The notes under the pieces: generated by a model
Told to the model about the DNA's origin: nothing
Database searches by the model: none
What the model saw: only the letters and a program-made list of their open reading frames with translations
Source of the DNA: Octopus vulgaris
Lineage: Eukaryota
Assembly: GCA_951406725.2 (NCBI GenBank)
Contig: OX597822.1
Coordinates: 46,438,001-46,502,000 of the forward strand
Direction: 5' to 3'
Length of the DNA: 64,000 nt
Shown: one piece after another, positions 52,720-64,000 of the stretch
Position numbering within the stretch: the stretch's first letter is position 1
Layout of the letters: each line of letters starts with the position of its first letter
Translations under genes and position numbers: made by a program

Positions 52720-53100
52720 CAGGAGTTGCTGTGTGGTAAGTAACTTGCTTACCAACCACATGGGTCCGGGTTCAGTCCCACTGTGTGGCATCTAGGGCAA
52801 GTATCTTCTATTGCTTCAGGCCGACCAAAGCCTTGAGTGGATTTGGTAGACGGAAACTGAAAGAAGCCTGTCATGTATATATATATATATATGTTTATGT
52901 TTGTGTGTCTGTGTTTGTCCCTCCACTATCGCAAGACAACCAATGTTGGTGTGTTTACGTCGCTGTAACTTAGTGGTTTGGCAAAGGAGACCGATAGAAT
53001 AAGTACTAGGCTTACAGAGACAAAGTCTTGGGCTCGATTTGTTTGACTAAAGGCGGTGCTCCAGCATGGCCACAGTCAAATGACTGAAACAAATAAAAGA
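52720..53100 (+). mobile_element. tRNA-derived SINE, family A
   Basis: Well-preserved full-length copy. Confidence 0.85.
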
Positions 53101-54689
53101 TTATACATATTTTCACATATATATACACAAACACATGCACGCATACATATGTTTATATGTATATGTGTATATATACGTATACATACATATACATTTATAC
53201 ACTCACAGACACACACATACACATACATTTCCCAACCACATGGTTCCAGGTTCAGTCCTACCACATGGCACTTTAGGTAGGTGTCATCTACTCTAGCCTC
53301 AGGCCAACCAAAAGCCTTGTCAGTGGATTTGGTAGGCAGAAGCTAAAAGAAGCCCATCGTATATATGTCATCATCATCATCATCGTCATTTAACATCCAC
53401 CTTCCATGCTAGCAAAGGTGGGATGGTTTCACAAGAGCCGACTAGGCCAAAGCCTGCCCCAGACTTCTGTGACGGTTTTGGAAGGATTTTTACAGCTGGA
53501 TGCCCTTCCTAACACCAACCACTCAGCAGAGTGGACTTAATGCTTTTTATGTGACACAAGCACAGACGATGTCAGTTTTGACAAGGTTTTTACAGCTGGA
53601 TTCCCTTCTAGACACCAACCACTTTACAGTGTGGAATGGGTACTTTTTAAGTGGCACCTGCGCTAACACGGTCACCAAGTTCTTGCAAGACAAAATAAAA
53701 AAAACTTTCAAGAGTGGGGGAGGCATTGGAGGAGGTGGTCTTGTGTTGGGGTGATGAAAAGGTTATAGTGAGACAGATACAGGTGTCTTGCTGCAGAGGA
53801 AGTACAAGGTTACCTGGCTGGAGAGAGAAAGATCAGGAATGAAGACAGAAACAGGTGTGCTACCACAAAGGAAATACAGTTACCCAAGCTGAGGGAAGTG
53901 CAGGAGAAGGAGAGAGAGTGGGAGACAGCAGGATAGAGATGGTGGCAAAGTACTGGTCATATTCATAAGGAATGGGGATCAGAATATATTTGGGATGGTG
54001 GAGTAAAGGAAGAGAGAGATATAGATGGTGGCAAGTGCCCTTGAAGTTCGAATGGCATAATGTAAGGGGCAGGATATTGCAAATGGAGTGGAATTAAAGA
54101 GTGCGAGTAAGTGGCAAAAGAAAGATGTATGTGTATATATTTATGTATGTGTGTCTGTGTCCCCCCCCCCCCACTATCTCTTGACAACTGGTCCAGGTGT
54201 GTTAATGTCCCTGTAATTTAGTGGTTTAGTGAAACAGACTGATAAAATAAGTACTCAGCTTACCAAGAATAAGTCCTAGGGTTGATTTCTTTGACTAAAA
54301 CCCTTTGAGGCGGTGCTCCAACATGGCCGCAGTCAAATGACAGAAGCAAGTAAAAGAATAAAGTAATGCATGCATGCAAATACAGACACATACACAAACG
54401 CTTCAGGTATTTATGCCAGGAACACAGACAGCTTCATGATGACTACAGATTAAGAACCATTAAGAATTCCATCTACTCTGTTGCTTCACTATAACCAGCC
54501 TGTTTACTCTGCCAGTACACCACCACCATCACGATCACCCTCTCTGTTCAGTTAGTATAAAACCCCCACAACCCCACCCCACCTCCCCATCCATCTAATT
54601 TATATCTTTTTATTGGTATGTGAAAGTTGAATGGCTGTCTATGCTGACAACTTTAATGACTTAAAAGACCTTCAACTGGCAACATAGTC

Positions 54690-54727
54690 TATGTGTATGT
54701 GTGTATATATATGTATGTGTATGTGTG

Positions 54728-54791
<64 letters not shown>

Positions 54792-54889
54792 TGCATGTGT
54801 ATGTGTATATATATATATGTATATGCATGTGTATGTGTATATATATATATGTATATGCATGTGTATGTGTATATATGTATATGCATGTG

Positions 54890-54920
<31 letters not shown>

Positions 54921-55047
54921 GCATGTGTATGTGTATATATATATATATATGTATATGCATGTGTATGTGTGTATATATATGTATGTGTATGTGTGTATAT
55001 ATATATATATATGTATGTGTATGTGTGTATATATATATATATATATG

Positions 55048-55088
<41 letters not shown>

Positions 55089-55119
55089 GCATGTGTATGT
55101 GTATATATATATATATGCA

Positions 55120-55158
<39 letters not shown>

Positions 55159-55283
55159 ATATATATATGCATGTATATACATACATATGTATGTGTGTGT
55201 ATATATATGTATGTGAGTGTGTGTGCGCATGTGTGCACATATGTATACATATATATGCATGTATGCATATATATATACATATA

Positions 55284-55314
<31 letters not shown>

Positions 55315-55355
55315 TTATGTAAATATGTGTATATATGTATGTGTGTGTGTGTATA
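54690..55355. repeat. Compound (TA)n/(TG)n microsatellite with recurring ATGCATGTGTATGTG units
   Basis: About 660 bp of alternating purine-pyrimidine sequence. Confidence 0.95.
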
Positions 55356-56059
55356 TGTTCACATATGCATGCACATACACCTGCACACAGTTTCTCACTA
55401 TGTCCTCCATTCTCCTGTCTGATTAATTTATTGTTTGAATTAGTAAGACACAAGAAGTTATTACGAACATTACATTTTGTCTTTGAAGTCATTCCCACTT
55501 TCTAATCGTTATTGCAAGATGGCTGCCTTCCTTGCCAAGCTCGTGATATGTGTCTAACCTTTTAATAAATTTCTCCTACTGAAACAATTTACATATTTCT
55601 TTTGTCTTGTCTCCTTTCATTTTCTTACTGAATTGATTGCTCTGCTGTTGAGAATTATTTCATTATTCACTTTACACTGGGTGAAACCTGGTCAGTTTTC
55701 TAGGCCAATTTCCAGCAATATATTTTCGTACACCACATGCTGTGATGATATACTTGAGCTTTCTGTTGTTTCATTTCTGTTTTGATTTTTTTTCTAATCA
55801 TTAATTATTCTTTCTCTTGCATCTTTGAGCTTTTATTTTTGTTTCATTCATTGGGCTGCTGCCATGTCAGGGCACAGCTTTGAAGAGTCCACTTAAACAA
55901 ATTGACTCCTGTACTTTTTTTTTTATTAATGTTCTTATTTTACCAGTCTCTTTTGTCCAACCATTAAATTACAAGGACGTAAACAAACTAACACTTGTTG
56001 TCAAGTGGTGGGAAGGACAGGCACATATACATAGATACATGTACACACATGTATACATT

Positions 56060-56225
56060 CTATTTTCTGTTTTCTCTCCCGGTTTATTCCTGTGTTCCTT
56101 TCTATCAAAGAGCGTAGGCTCGAAATGTAAAAGACTTTCTCACTTCCCAAGCATTAAACTAACACATCTGTTTGTTGTTTACACACCCGTCTTTGTATTT
56201 TGTTTTTTTTTGTAAATTCTCACTA
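56060..56225 (+). mobile_element. Solo Penelope/retrozyme-like tail with a decayed hammerhead
   Basis: CTTT CTATCAA A GAGC-gtag-GCTC GAAA TGTA^AAAG at 56098-56133. The downstream sequence matches 14341-14430. Confidence 0.55.
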
Positions 56226-56942
56226 CATATATATATATATTTATATATAAATATATGGAGTCCTTAAGAATTTTAAGTACCATTCATCTGTTTACACATA
56301 CATACATATATTTATAAGTATGTATGAACCATGAGAACATACCAGCACATGATTCTCACACCATTTTGCATATAGTCATAGCAAGTAATTTAGCTTGCAT
56401 CTGGCCTTGTTTTGGGGTACCTGGTATTGATAAGTCTCAAAGATGACGAAACATTAATGTTTACCACTCCTGCAACAGGACCTGGTGTGAGTTACCTCGC
56501 TTGTCTATGACTCCTAGGTGTTTTTACACCAGGCATATTAACAAGAAAATTTTCTCTCGTGCCTATAAACCGATCGATGTCTGCCTACAAACTAGCAAAA
56601 CACATACTTTGTGTATGTGTGTTCGACATTGTTTATACATTTGTCAAAAGGATGTGTTATAACACTATTCCACATATACAAAAACAGCCATACCAACAAT
56701 CCAACATAAAACCATCTTCAGCTGCCCCACAGATATCATTATGGTTTCGACACCTGGGCAATACCATTCAATCTGGCAGTGTCAACAACACTAAAAGAAG
56801 TGTTGCTTGAGAATAAACTTACCAAATATATATATATATATTCTTTTACTTGTTTCAGTCATTTGGCTGCAGCTATGCTGGAGCACCATCTTTAGTTGAG
56901 CAAATCAACCCCAGGACTTGTTCTTTGTAAGCCTAGTATTTA

Positions 56943-58503
56943 CTGTAAAAACCCATATAATTTGCACACCTGTGTAATTTACACAAGTGATTTTCAGGAT
57001 AAAATTTGTTAAAAAAAAGCTTTCACTCATGTAAAATTCACACCCATGTTTTGAGAATTGTCGATATAACCAGGGGAAAAAGGTTTTGAATTTAGTTGTA
57101 TTTAGCATAATTTCACTTACGTATGATTAGATTTTATTAAATTTTCAATAAATAATTTCTGTTTAACAGGTATCACATTGAAAGCTATTAAATTACAAAA
57201 TGTTTGTGTTGCTTGTAATAAACTTTATTTTACATTTCTTGCCCTCAATAGATTGTCTGATCTTTAGCATACTACTGTATGTCTTCTCAAATCACGATCA
57301 CAGGAAAAGTAAGAAAATTATTATTTGTAATCTCACGAGAGATATTCAGCAACAGTATTGTGGAGTAAAGATTGTTTGCCAACATAACATGTTTGAAAAC
57401 ATAAGGACACAGATCGTGTCGTATAGCCAGCTGGAGATGATATCTCCTGGGGATAAATTACAGCAACATTTGTCCTAAACCAGGATCTCCATGTTATGTT
57501 GGCAAACAATCTTTATTCCACAGGAAAAGTTGTTGATAAGAATTACTATCAAAAAGAAAGCTGATAAACATGCAGAGGTGTTGCAAATTAAGTTTAATTA
57601 CCAATAAACATCAGCTTGGATGACACTTTACTCAACTGACAGAGGAAGGTGACCAATCAAATTGATTTTATGTGAATAGAATTCTTTTCCACCTATTCTT
57701 TTCGGAACCTTTGATATGGAGTATCAAAATTTTAATCCCTTTCACACTTATAAAATGTTAAGCAAACTTTAAAATTTGTCATTGCCGTTATTGTCAGTGT
57801 GGGCAGAACTTATGAATCATTTACTGTGAAGGAGAAATTAAATATGTTGAATATGCATTTGACATTAGAGCTGCCAGAAGGTATTTTTATGTTAATGAAG
57901 CCAATGTTCGAAATTGGTGTAAACAGCACAACAAACTTAAGACTGTGCTGAATAATAAACAGACAAAAGTAAAAACATACAATCAAGATTATCCATATCG
58001 TTACATTTTTTTTCAGTCAGGAATATCCATATCACTATGTATGTCAGTGGTGCTCCATTGTGATAGGTAGAAACTCCAAGCAATGTAAAATATTGCCCAG
58101 ACCGTGTCTACCAGCATGAATGTCAGACTTCAAAAAGTTGTTAACCATTTAATGGTTTTAGTAAATTTATACAGAAAAAGTAAGCATTATACCATCCAGC
58201 ATAAATAAAAGTCAACTTCATTTATATTTAAGCCCTTATTTTTTCTGTAAAAACCTATTCAGACATTAAATGAGTCAACTTTCAGTACGAACATTTATGT
58301 CCTGTACGTCTTTTTTCAACAAAAAAATTTCAAAAAAAATTCTAGAAATGATCTACTCATGTAATTTACACACCCGCTGAAGCTTATTTTTATTTTTTGT
58401 GGAAAAAGTGCATAAATTATTCTGTTGTGTCTGGGGAGAGTCATTTTCTTTTTGTGCCTTATAATGTAACACACTCACCGGTAAATTACATTGGTCTTTA
58501 TGG
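56943..58503 (+). mobile_element. pogo-like DNA transposon remnant, copy 2, inserted in a SINE
   Basis: TA|CTGTAAAAACCC ... GGTCTTTATGG|TA. Retains a Brinker-like HTH remnant VEYAFDIRAARRYFYVNEANVRNWCKQ (about 57846-57930). Splits a minus-strand family A SINE (56840-58770). Confidence 0.78.
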
Positions 58504-58770
58504 TATTCTGTTGGTCTCTCTTACCAAACCACTACATTATGGGGATGTAAACACACCAGCATCAGTTGTCAAGCAATGTTGGGGGGACAAACACACACAC
58601 ACACATATGATGGACTTCTTTCAGCTTCCGTCTACCAAATCCACTCACAAGGCTTTGGTCAGCCCAAGGCTGTAGTAGAAGACACTTGCCCAAGTAGTCA
58701 CATGGTAAGACTGAACCCAGAACCATGTGGTTGCTAAGCAAACTACTTACCACACACAGCTGCACCTGCA

Positions 58771-58813
<43 letters not shown>

Positions 58814-59622
58814 CATCACCATTTAATATCCCTTTTCCATGTTGGCATGGATTGAACAGTTTGACAGGATCTGGTGAACTCCAAGGCAATGTTGGGCTCC
58901 AATGTCTGCTTTGGAATAATTTCAGCTGGATACCCTTCCTAATGACAACCACTTTACAGAGTGCCTGAGTGCTTTTTTCGTGTGTGTGTGAGTGTGTACC
59001 ATTGGCACGAGGGAGGTTGCCTTGTAAGATTGCAAGACAGAAAAATAACAGGAAAAATAAAAAGCTCTCACTACTAAGGGGGGAATATTTGGGCGGGAAA
59101 GATGTAGCAGGGTGGCTTTATGCCCAATGTCGAGTGGCTTGGGCAAGTATCTTGTTGAATGTACCTTGGGCAAGTATCTTCTACTATAGCCTCAAGCCAA
59201 CCTAAGCCTTGTGAGTGGATTTGGTCAACGGAAACTGAAAGAAGCCCGTCATATATCTATGTGTGTGTTTGTCCCCCACCACTGCTTGACAACCAGTATT
59301 GGTATTTTAAGTACTGGTGTCGATTCATCGACTACAAATTTCTTCAAGGCGGTGCCCCCAGTATGGCCACAGTCTAATGACTTAAACAAACAGAAGATAT
59401 AAGATAAAAGATATTAACAAGCAAGAATGAAACAAGAGTGCTAATCATAAAGATTTTATCATGTTTATTTATAGAAACTATTAGAGATCAAGTTCCATGT
59501 TTACATTTGTCTATCTTTCTAACTGTTGATCTGTCTATTTCTCTCTCTCTCTCTCTCTGTTTAGTTATTTATTCACTCTATCTTTTAACTCTATTTTCTT
59601 CTGTTTTTTTTTTCCCAAACAG

Positions 59623-59867
59623 CTGAAAATCCTCCACTCATCTGTCTCGGCTCAAAGACTAAAGCTGCCGAGATCTGTGTGAAGTTCTCCAATGTGACAT
59701 TCCAAGTGAATGTGCACGAAGAACACAAGACCCAACTGAACGGCTGCGCTAGTTTCAATCTGAACCTGTTTAACCGGACAATCGGCGTCTACCCAGTCGG
59801 CTGCTTCCAGATCCCTGACAACAACAAACATCTCGAACGTAACCAGCTTGGCAACTGGATGCCATGA
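59623..59867 (+). CDS. Exon 4 (terminal) of DUF4773-like protein
   Basis: Long polypyrimidine tract plus CAG|, phase 1. Reads (A)ENPPLICLGSKTKAAEICVKFSNVTF...LNGCASFNLNLFNRTIGVYPVGCFQIPDNNKHLERNQLGNWMP*. The NPPxxC, CxxF and GCF motifs match the DUF4773 pattern. Confidence 0.9.
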
Positions 59868-60629
59868 TGAGAAGAAGAGGAGGTAGGAGTAACAAGGAGA
59901 CAGTCACCCAACCAGTGAACACCCCTCACTGCAAGCTTAAGCAGGAATGCATGTGTGAGTGGGTGAAACCATGAGCATGTGTGTATGTATGTATGCATGG
60001 GCATAAGTACATGCATACATGTGTATGTGAATATGTATATACATTTTAAGATAACTATTATGTTTTAATTTGTTTTGTTTTTTTAAGAATACCTGTTCTT
60101 TGTCTCTCATATATCTGTGTGTGTGTCTATATATATATATATGTATATATATGTGTGTATATATATAAAAACCTAACCTTGTTACATTATGACAAATTGA
60201 GTGTGTGTAAGAATTACATTAAGGGTAACAAATGTATGTGGAATACTTAGTCACACTAAAATTGAACATGTGATTCATTATGCATACACATGTGTGTTTG
60301 TATACATGTTTGTGAAAACACACACACACATGCGCGCGCGCACGCACACACACACACACACAAAGTGGAAATGAATGCACTAGCTGTGTCAAAGTTGTTT
60401 TTTGGCTGTGGCTCTTAATAGTTTTGGCATTAAACTCTCTCTGCTGTGTGATCCAGTAGGGTTCTATGCAGCCCATATAGGGTTATGATGTAATAAAAAG
60501 TGCATGTTTATTATGAGGGAAAAACATGAAGCATGGATTTGGTATTCCTGCATTTCGTCAGTTACATATGCAACAGAAATATGTGTAACACATGAAATGA
60601 AGAAATATCAAATTTATGCTTTGTGCTTT

Positions 60630-60693
<64 letters not shown>

Positions 60694-60757
60694 TACATAT
60701 ATACATACATACATATAAAACTACACACTCATACATATGTATGTATATGTGTGTGTG

Positions 60758-60798
<41 letters not shown>

Positions 60799-61189
60799 AA
60801 CTTAATGCATAGACACTGTTGTCAAGCCCGTTATTGCAGTATTTGTCCAGAGATATTCTCTCTTATGGACATGGTGTGTTAAAAACACAATAAATATCAG
60901 AGGGAAATGGAAACTTGCCATAGCTGCAGACTGAGAACACTAAATATATGTTGGCCTTTTGGGACCTCATGAATGATAATACATGTCAGTCACATGCCAA
61001 AACAAAAATTCATCATCTCCAATATAAGAAACTGAATGAAACATTTACTGATGTTGAAAATAGCTGTCCAGCTGAATAAAAATTCAGTATATGCAATTGA
61101 GGCAGTATTTTAATTAAAATAACCAACTGTGTGTTATACTTAATGTACAGACATTGTTAATTGGCCAGTTACTGTGGTGTGTATATGTA

Positions 61190-61223
<34 letters not shown>

Positions 61224-62114
61224 CATACACACACACACACATATATATATACATATTTAATATTTAATATCATCTGAGTAATAACCTCATAATGAGTATT
61301 TTAAAACTCCTTTATGGTTATCATGTATGATGTGCTAGTGCACAGTTGCTGCTGGGACATATTTATTTATATAATATTTCATGTAACAGTATGATATGGA
61401 AAACTCAGCAGCTAACAGCTGTTAGCATTACACAGAAACAATTGTTGTGATTTGTGACTAAAGAGCCTGTTCATTCCGATGACTGTGTGTGTGTGCGTAC
61501 ATACAGACAGAGAAACTGTGTGTGTAAGAACAAAAGAATATGACCTCGATATTGTTAGAAATAGAGGATTAAATTTATTAAATGACACAGACATGGAATA
61601 CTTACATTCAGAACTCAGAGTTTCTTAACAGCAATTTATCCAATACACGCTGTCATTCTGTTGCATGTCTGTGTCAGTAAATATATATATGTATATGTAC
61701 ACACACATACATACAAATATATTAGGATGCTTATACACTTGTGAGACATTTATTGAAAAAAAAACCCACTCTTCTCTCACCTATTTGTCCCATCACCATT
61801 CACCCACCCATTCCTGCCTTCATCCTCTCTATTGAAATAAAACGTCATAAGAAATACATATACACACACACATGCACACGCGCACACACACACACACACA
61901 CACAGACAACATAAAAATTGACCCCTTATAACCGGAAGCCCCACCACTCCACCTCTGTCACTTTAATTTAAATTACAATCATAATATTTATTACAACAGA
62001 TGCATTACATGTATGTTATGTTTGTTTCATAGGAAGTGGGGGGTGGGTTCTTTTTTGTTTGGCTTATTTTAGTTGTTTTTACAGTTTTTTTTTTCTGTCT
62101 TTCCATTAATAATA

Positions 62115-62149
<35 letters not shown>

Positions 62150-62302
62150 ATTTCACTTTTCATCCTTCTAAGAGCTGATAATAAGAAAAGTATCAGTTAA
62201 GTACTGGGATCAGTTTCATGAACTCAAACCTGCACCTCAAAATGTCAGGCCTTGTACCTATGTCAGAAACAACTATCATTATTATTATTATTATTATTAT
62301 TT

Positions 62303-62520
62303 AAAGCAGCAAGCTGGCAGAATCATTAGCACTCCGGGTAAAATGCTTAGTAGTATTTCGTCCATCTTCACGTTGTGAGTTCAAATTCTACTGAGGTTGA
62401 CTTTGCCTTTCATCCTCTCAGGGTTGATTAAATAAGTACCAGTTACACACTGGGGTCGATGTAATCAACTTAATCCCTTCCCCAAAATTTGAGGCCTTGT
62501 GCTTCCAGTAGAAAGAATTA
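62303..62520 (+). mobile_element. tRNA-derived SINE, family B
   Basis: Same consensus as 49200-49415, flanked by (ATT)n. More minus-strand copies at about 63460-63673 and 63710-63890. Confidence 0.8.
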
Positions 62521-62589
62521 TTATTATTATTATTGAAGACGTCACACAGTAAACTAATGTGATGTAAATTGAAGATATTGTGTGTCCCA

Positions 62590-63205
62590 GGGATTTGTAC
62601 TGTCTTTCAAATTGCAATAAGGTCCTCAGACAGACAACACTTTCATGTAATATGTGTGCAGTTCCAAGCAAAACTAATTTTTGCAATAAACCAAGACTGT
62701 AGGGTATTTCTAAAGTGTCCGGATGTTTCTTCAGGTTGGGTGGTATTGAACCCAATACTTTTAGACAATGGGAACAGCCTTTATGTTTGACCCTTGTAGC
62801 TGCCACTTGGCGATCTCAATTTTCAGGTCTCCACATTTGTTGACCCTTTTCTGTTTCCTCTATGACAATAAGTTGATTTCCTGGCACTGCCACATCAATT
62901 ATTAGGCACTCGTGCTTGTCCCTCTTAAAAGCTACTATGTCTGGCCTTCGGTGCTCTTAATACTTTGTCTGGATCCCCCAGAGGATCTTTGCCTTCCCAT
63001 TTTTGTCCATTACTTTTTCCAGTGTATGTTGATTCCAAGCACCTGTTACCTCATATCCATACTGCTGGCACTGTAGCCAGTGAAGATCTAAGGCTATCTT
63101 GTCATGTCTGTGCCTGTACCCTTTCTGTATAAGACTTTCACAAGCACTAACAGTGTGAGACATTCTTTCAACCTTCTCCCCACACATTCTACAGAGGTCC
63201 ATTAC
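62590..63205 (-). mobile_element. RLE-type (R4/Dong-like) LINE 3' fragment
   Basis: Zinc knuckle CRMCGEKVERMSHTVSAC plus RHD, PD-(D/E)xK-type motif RRPDIV...LIIDVAVP, and terminal LQKLVLLGTAHILH; frameshifted. Confidence 0.85.
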
Positions 63206-63672
63206 ACTTGTGTATTATATTGTATATTATTATTTAGGTACACGGCCAGTAATTTGGAGGAAGGTAGGGAGTTAGTTGATACCATTCACATCAGTATATG
63301 ACTGGTATATTATTTCAGCAACCTAAAAGGATAAAAATGACAAAGTTAACTTGGAAGCAATTTGAACTCAAAATGCAAACAGCAGGAATAAATACCACAA
63401 AATATTTTGCCCCAAACTCTAATGATTGTGTCAGTTCAATTTAATAATTATTATTATTATTTCTACTCTAGGGACACAGCCTTGAAAATTTGGGGAGAAG
63501 GGGGCTAGTTTATTATATCGACCCCAGTGCATAACTGGTAGTTTTTTAATTGACCCCGAAAGGATGTAAGGCAATGTCGACCTCAGCGGAATTTGAACTC
63601 AGAATGTTACATCAGATGAAATACCGCTAAGTATTTTGTCCAGCATGCTAACAATTCTGCCAGCTCACTGCC

Positions 63673-63703
<31 letters not shown>

Positions 63704-64000
63704 GAGTGATTTCAAATTTTTGCCACAAAGGTACCTTGGGGGAGGGGATTAAAGTGATTACATTAACCCCAGTGCATAACTGGTACTTATTTAATCGACC
63801 CCTTAAAGGATGAAAGGCAAAGTTGACCTCGGCAAAATTAGGACTTAGAATGTAGCTATAGGTGAAATACCGCTAATGATTCCTCCAGCTCAATAATAAC
63901 AATAATAATGGGAGCACAGGAGTGGCTGTGTGGTAAGAAGTTTGCTTCCCAGCTACATGGTTCCAGGTTCAGTCCCACTGCATAGCACCTTGGGCAAGTG

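Noticed and set aside
60492-60497. AATAAA as the gene's polyadenylation signal
   Set aside because: Several equally good hexamers lie downstream in AT-rich DNA; cannot choose without transcript data.

Overview
AT-rich, microsatellite-dense eukaryotic DNA. The tRNA-derived SINEs, RTE tails ending in (GAT)n and (TA/CA)n tracts point to an octopus (coleoid cephalopod) genome; this is inference. The window holds one complete 4-exon gene on the + strand: 4066-4180, 35406-35974, 51435-51492 and 59623-59867, 987 nt encoding 328 aa, with all introns GT-AG and phases matching. The product is a type II membrane glycoprotein with a C-terminal DUF4773-like cysteine domain, and a perfect GTCACGTGAC (CLEAR/E-box) palindrome lies just upstream of the ATG. 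The rest is mostly transposon debris: SINEs, RTE/CR1/RLE-type LINE ends, maT/mariner/pogo elements, MITEs and Helitron-type elements. Almost all ORFs in the supplied track are spurious. Two things are unusual: (1) several minimal type I hammerhead-ribozyme motifs in Penelope/retrozyme-like repeats, two of them as tandem pairs with periods of 287 and 433 nt; (2) about a dozen long fold-back inverted repeats inside the introns, which could form dsRNA in the pre-mRNA.
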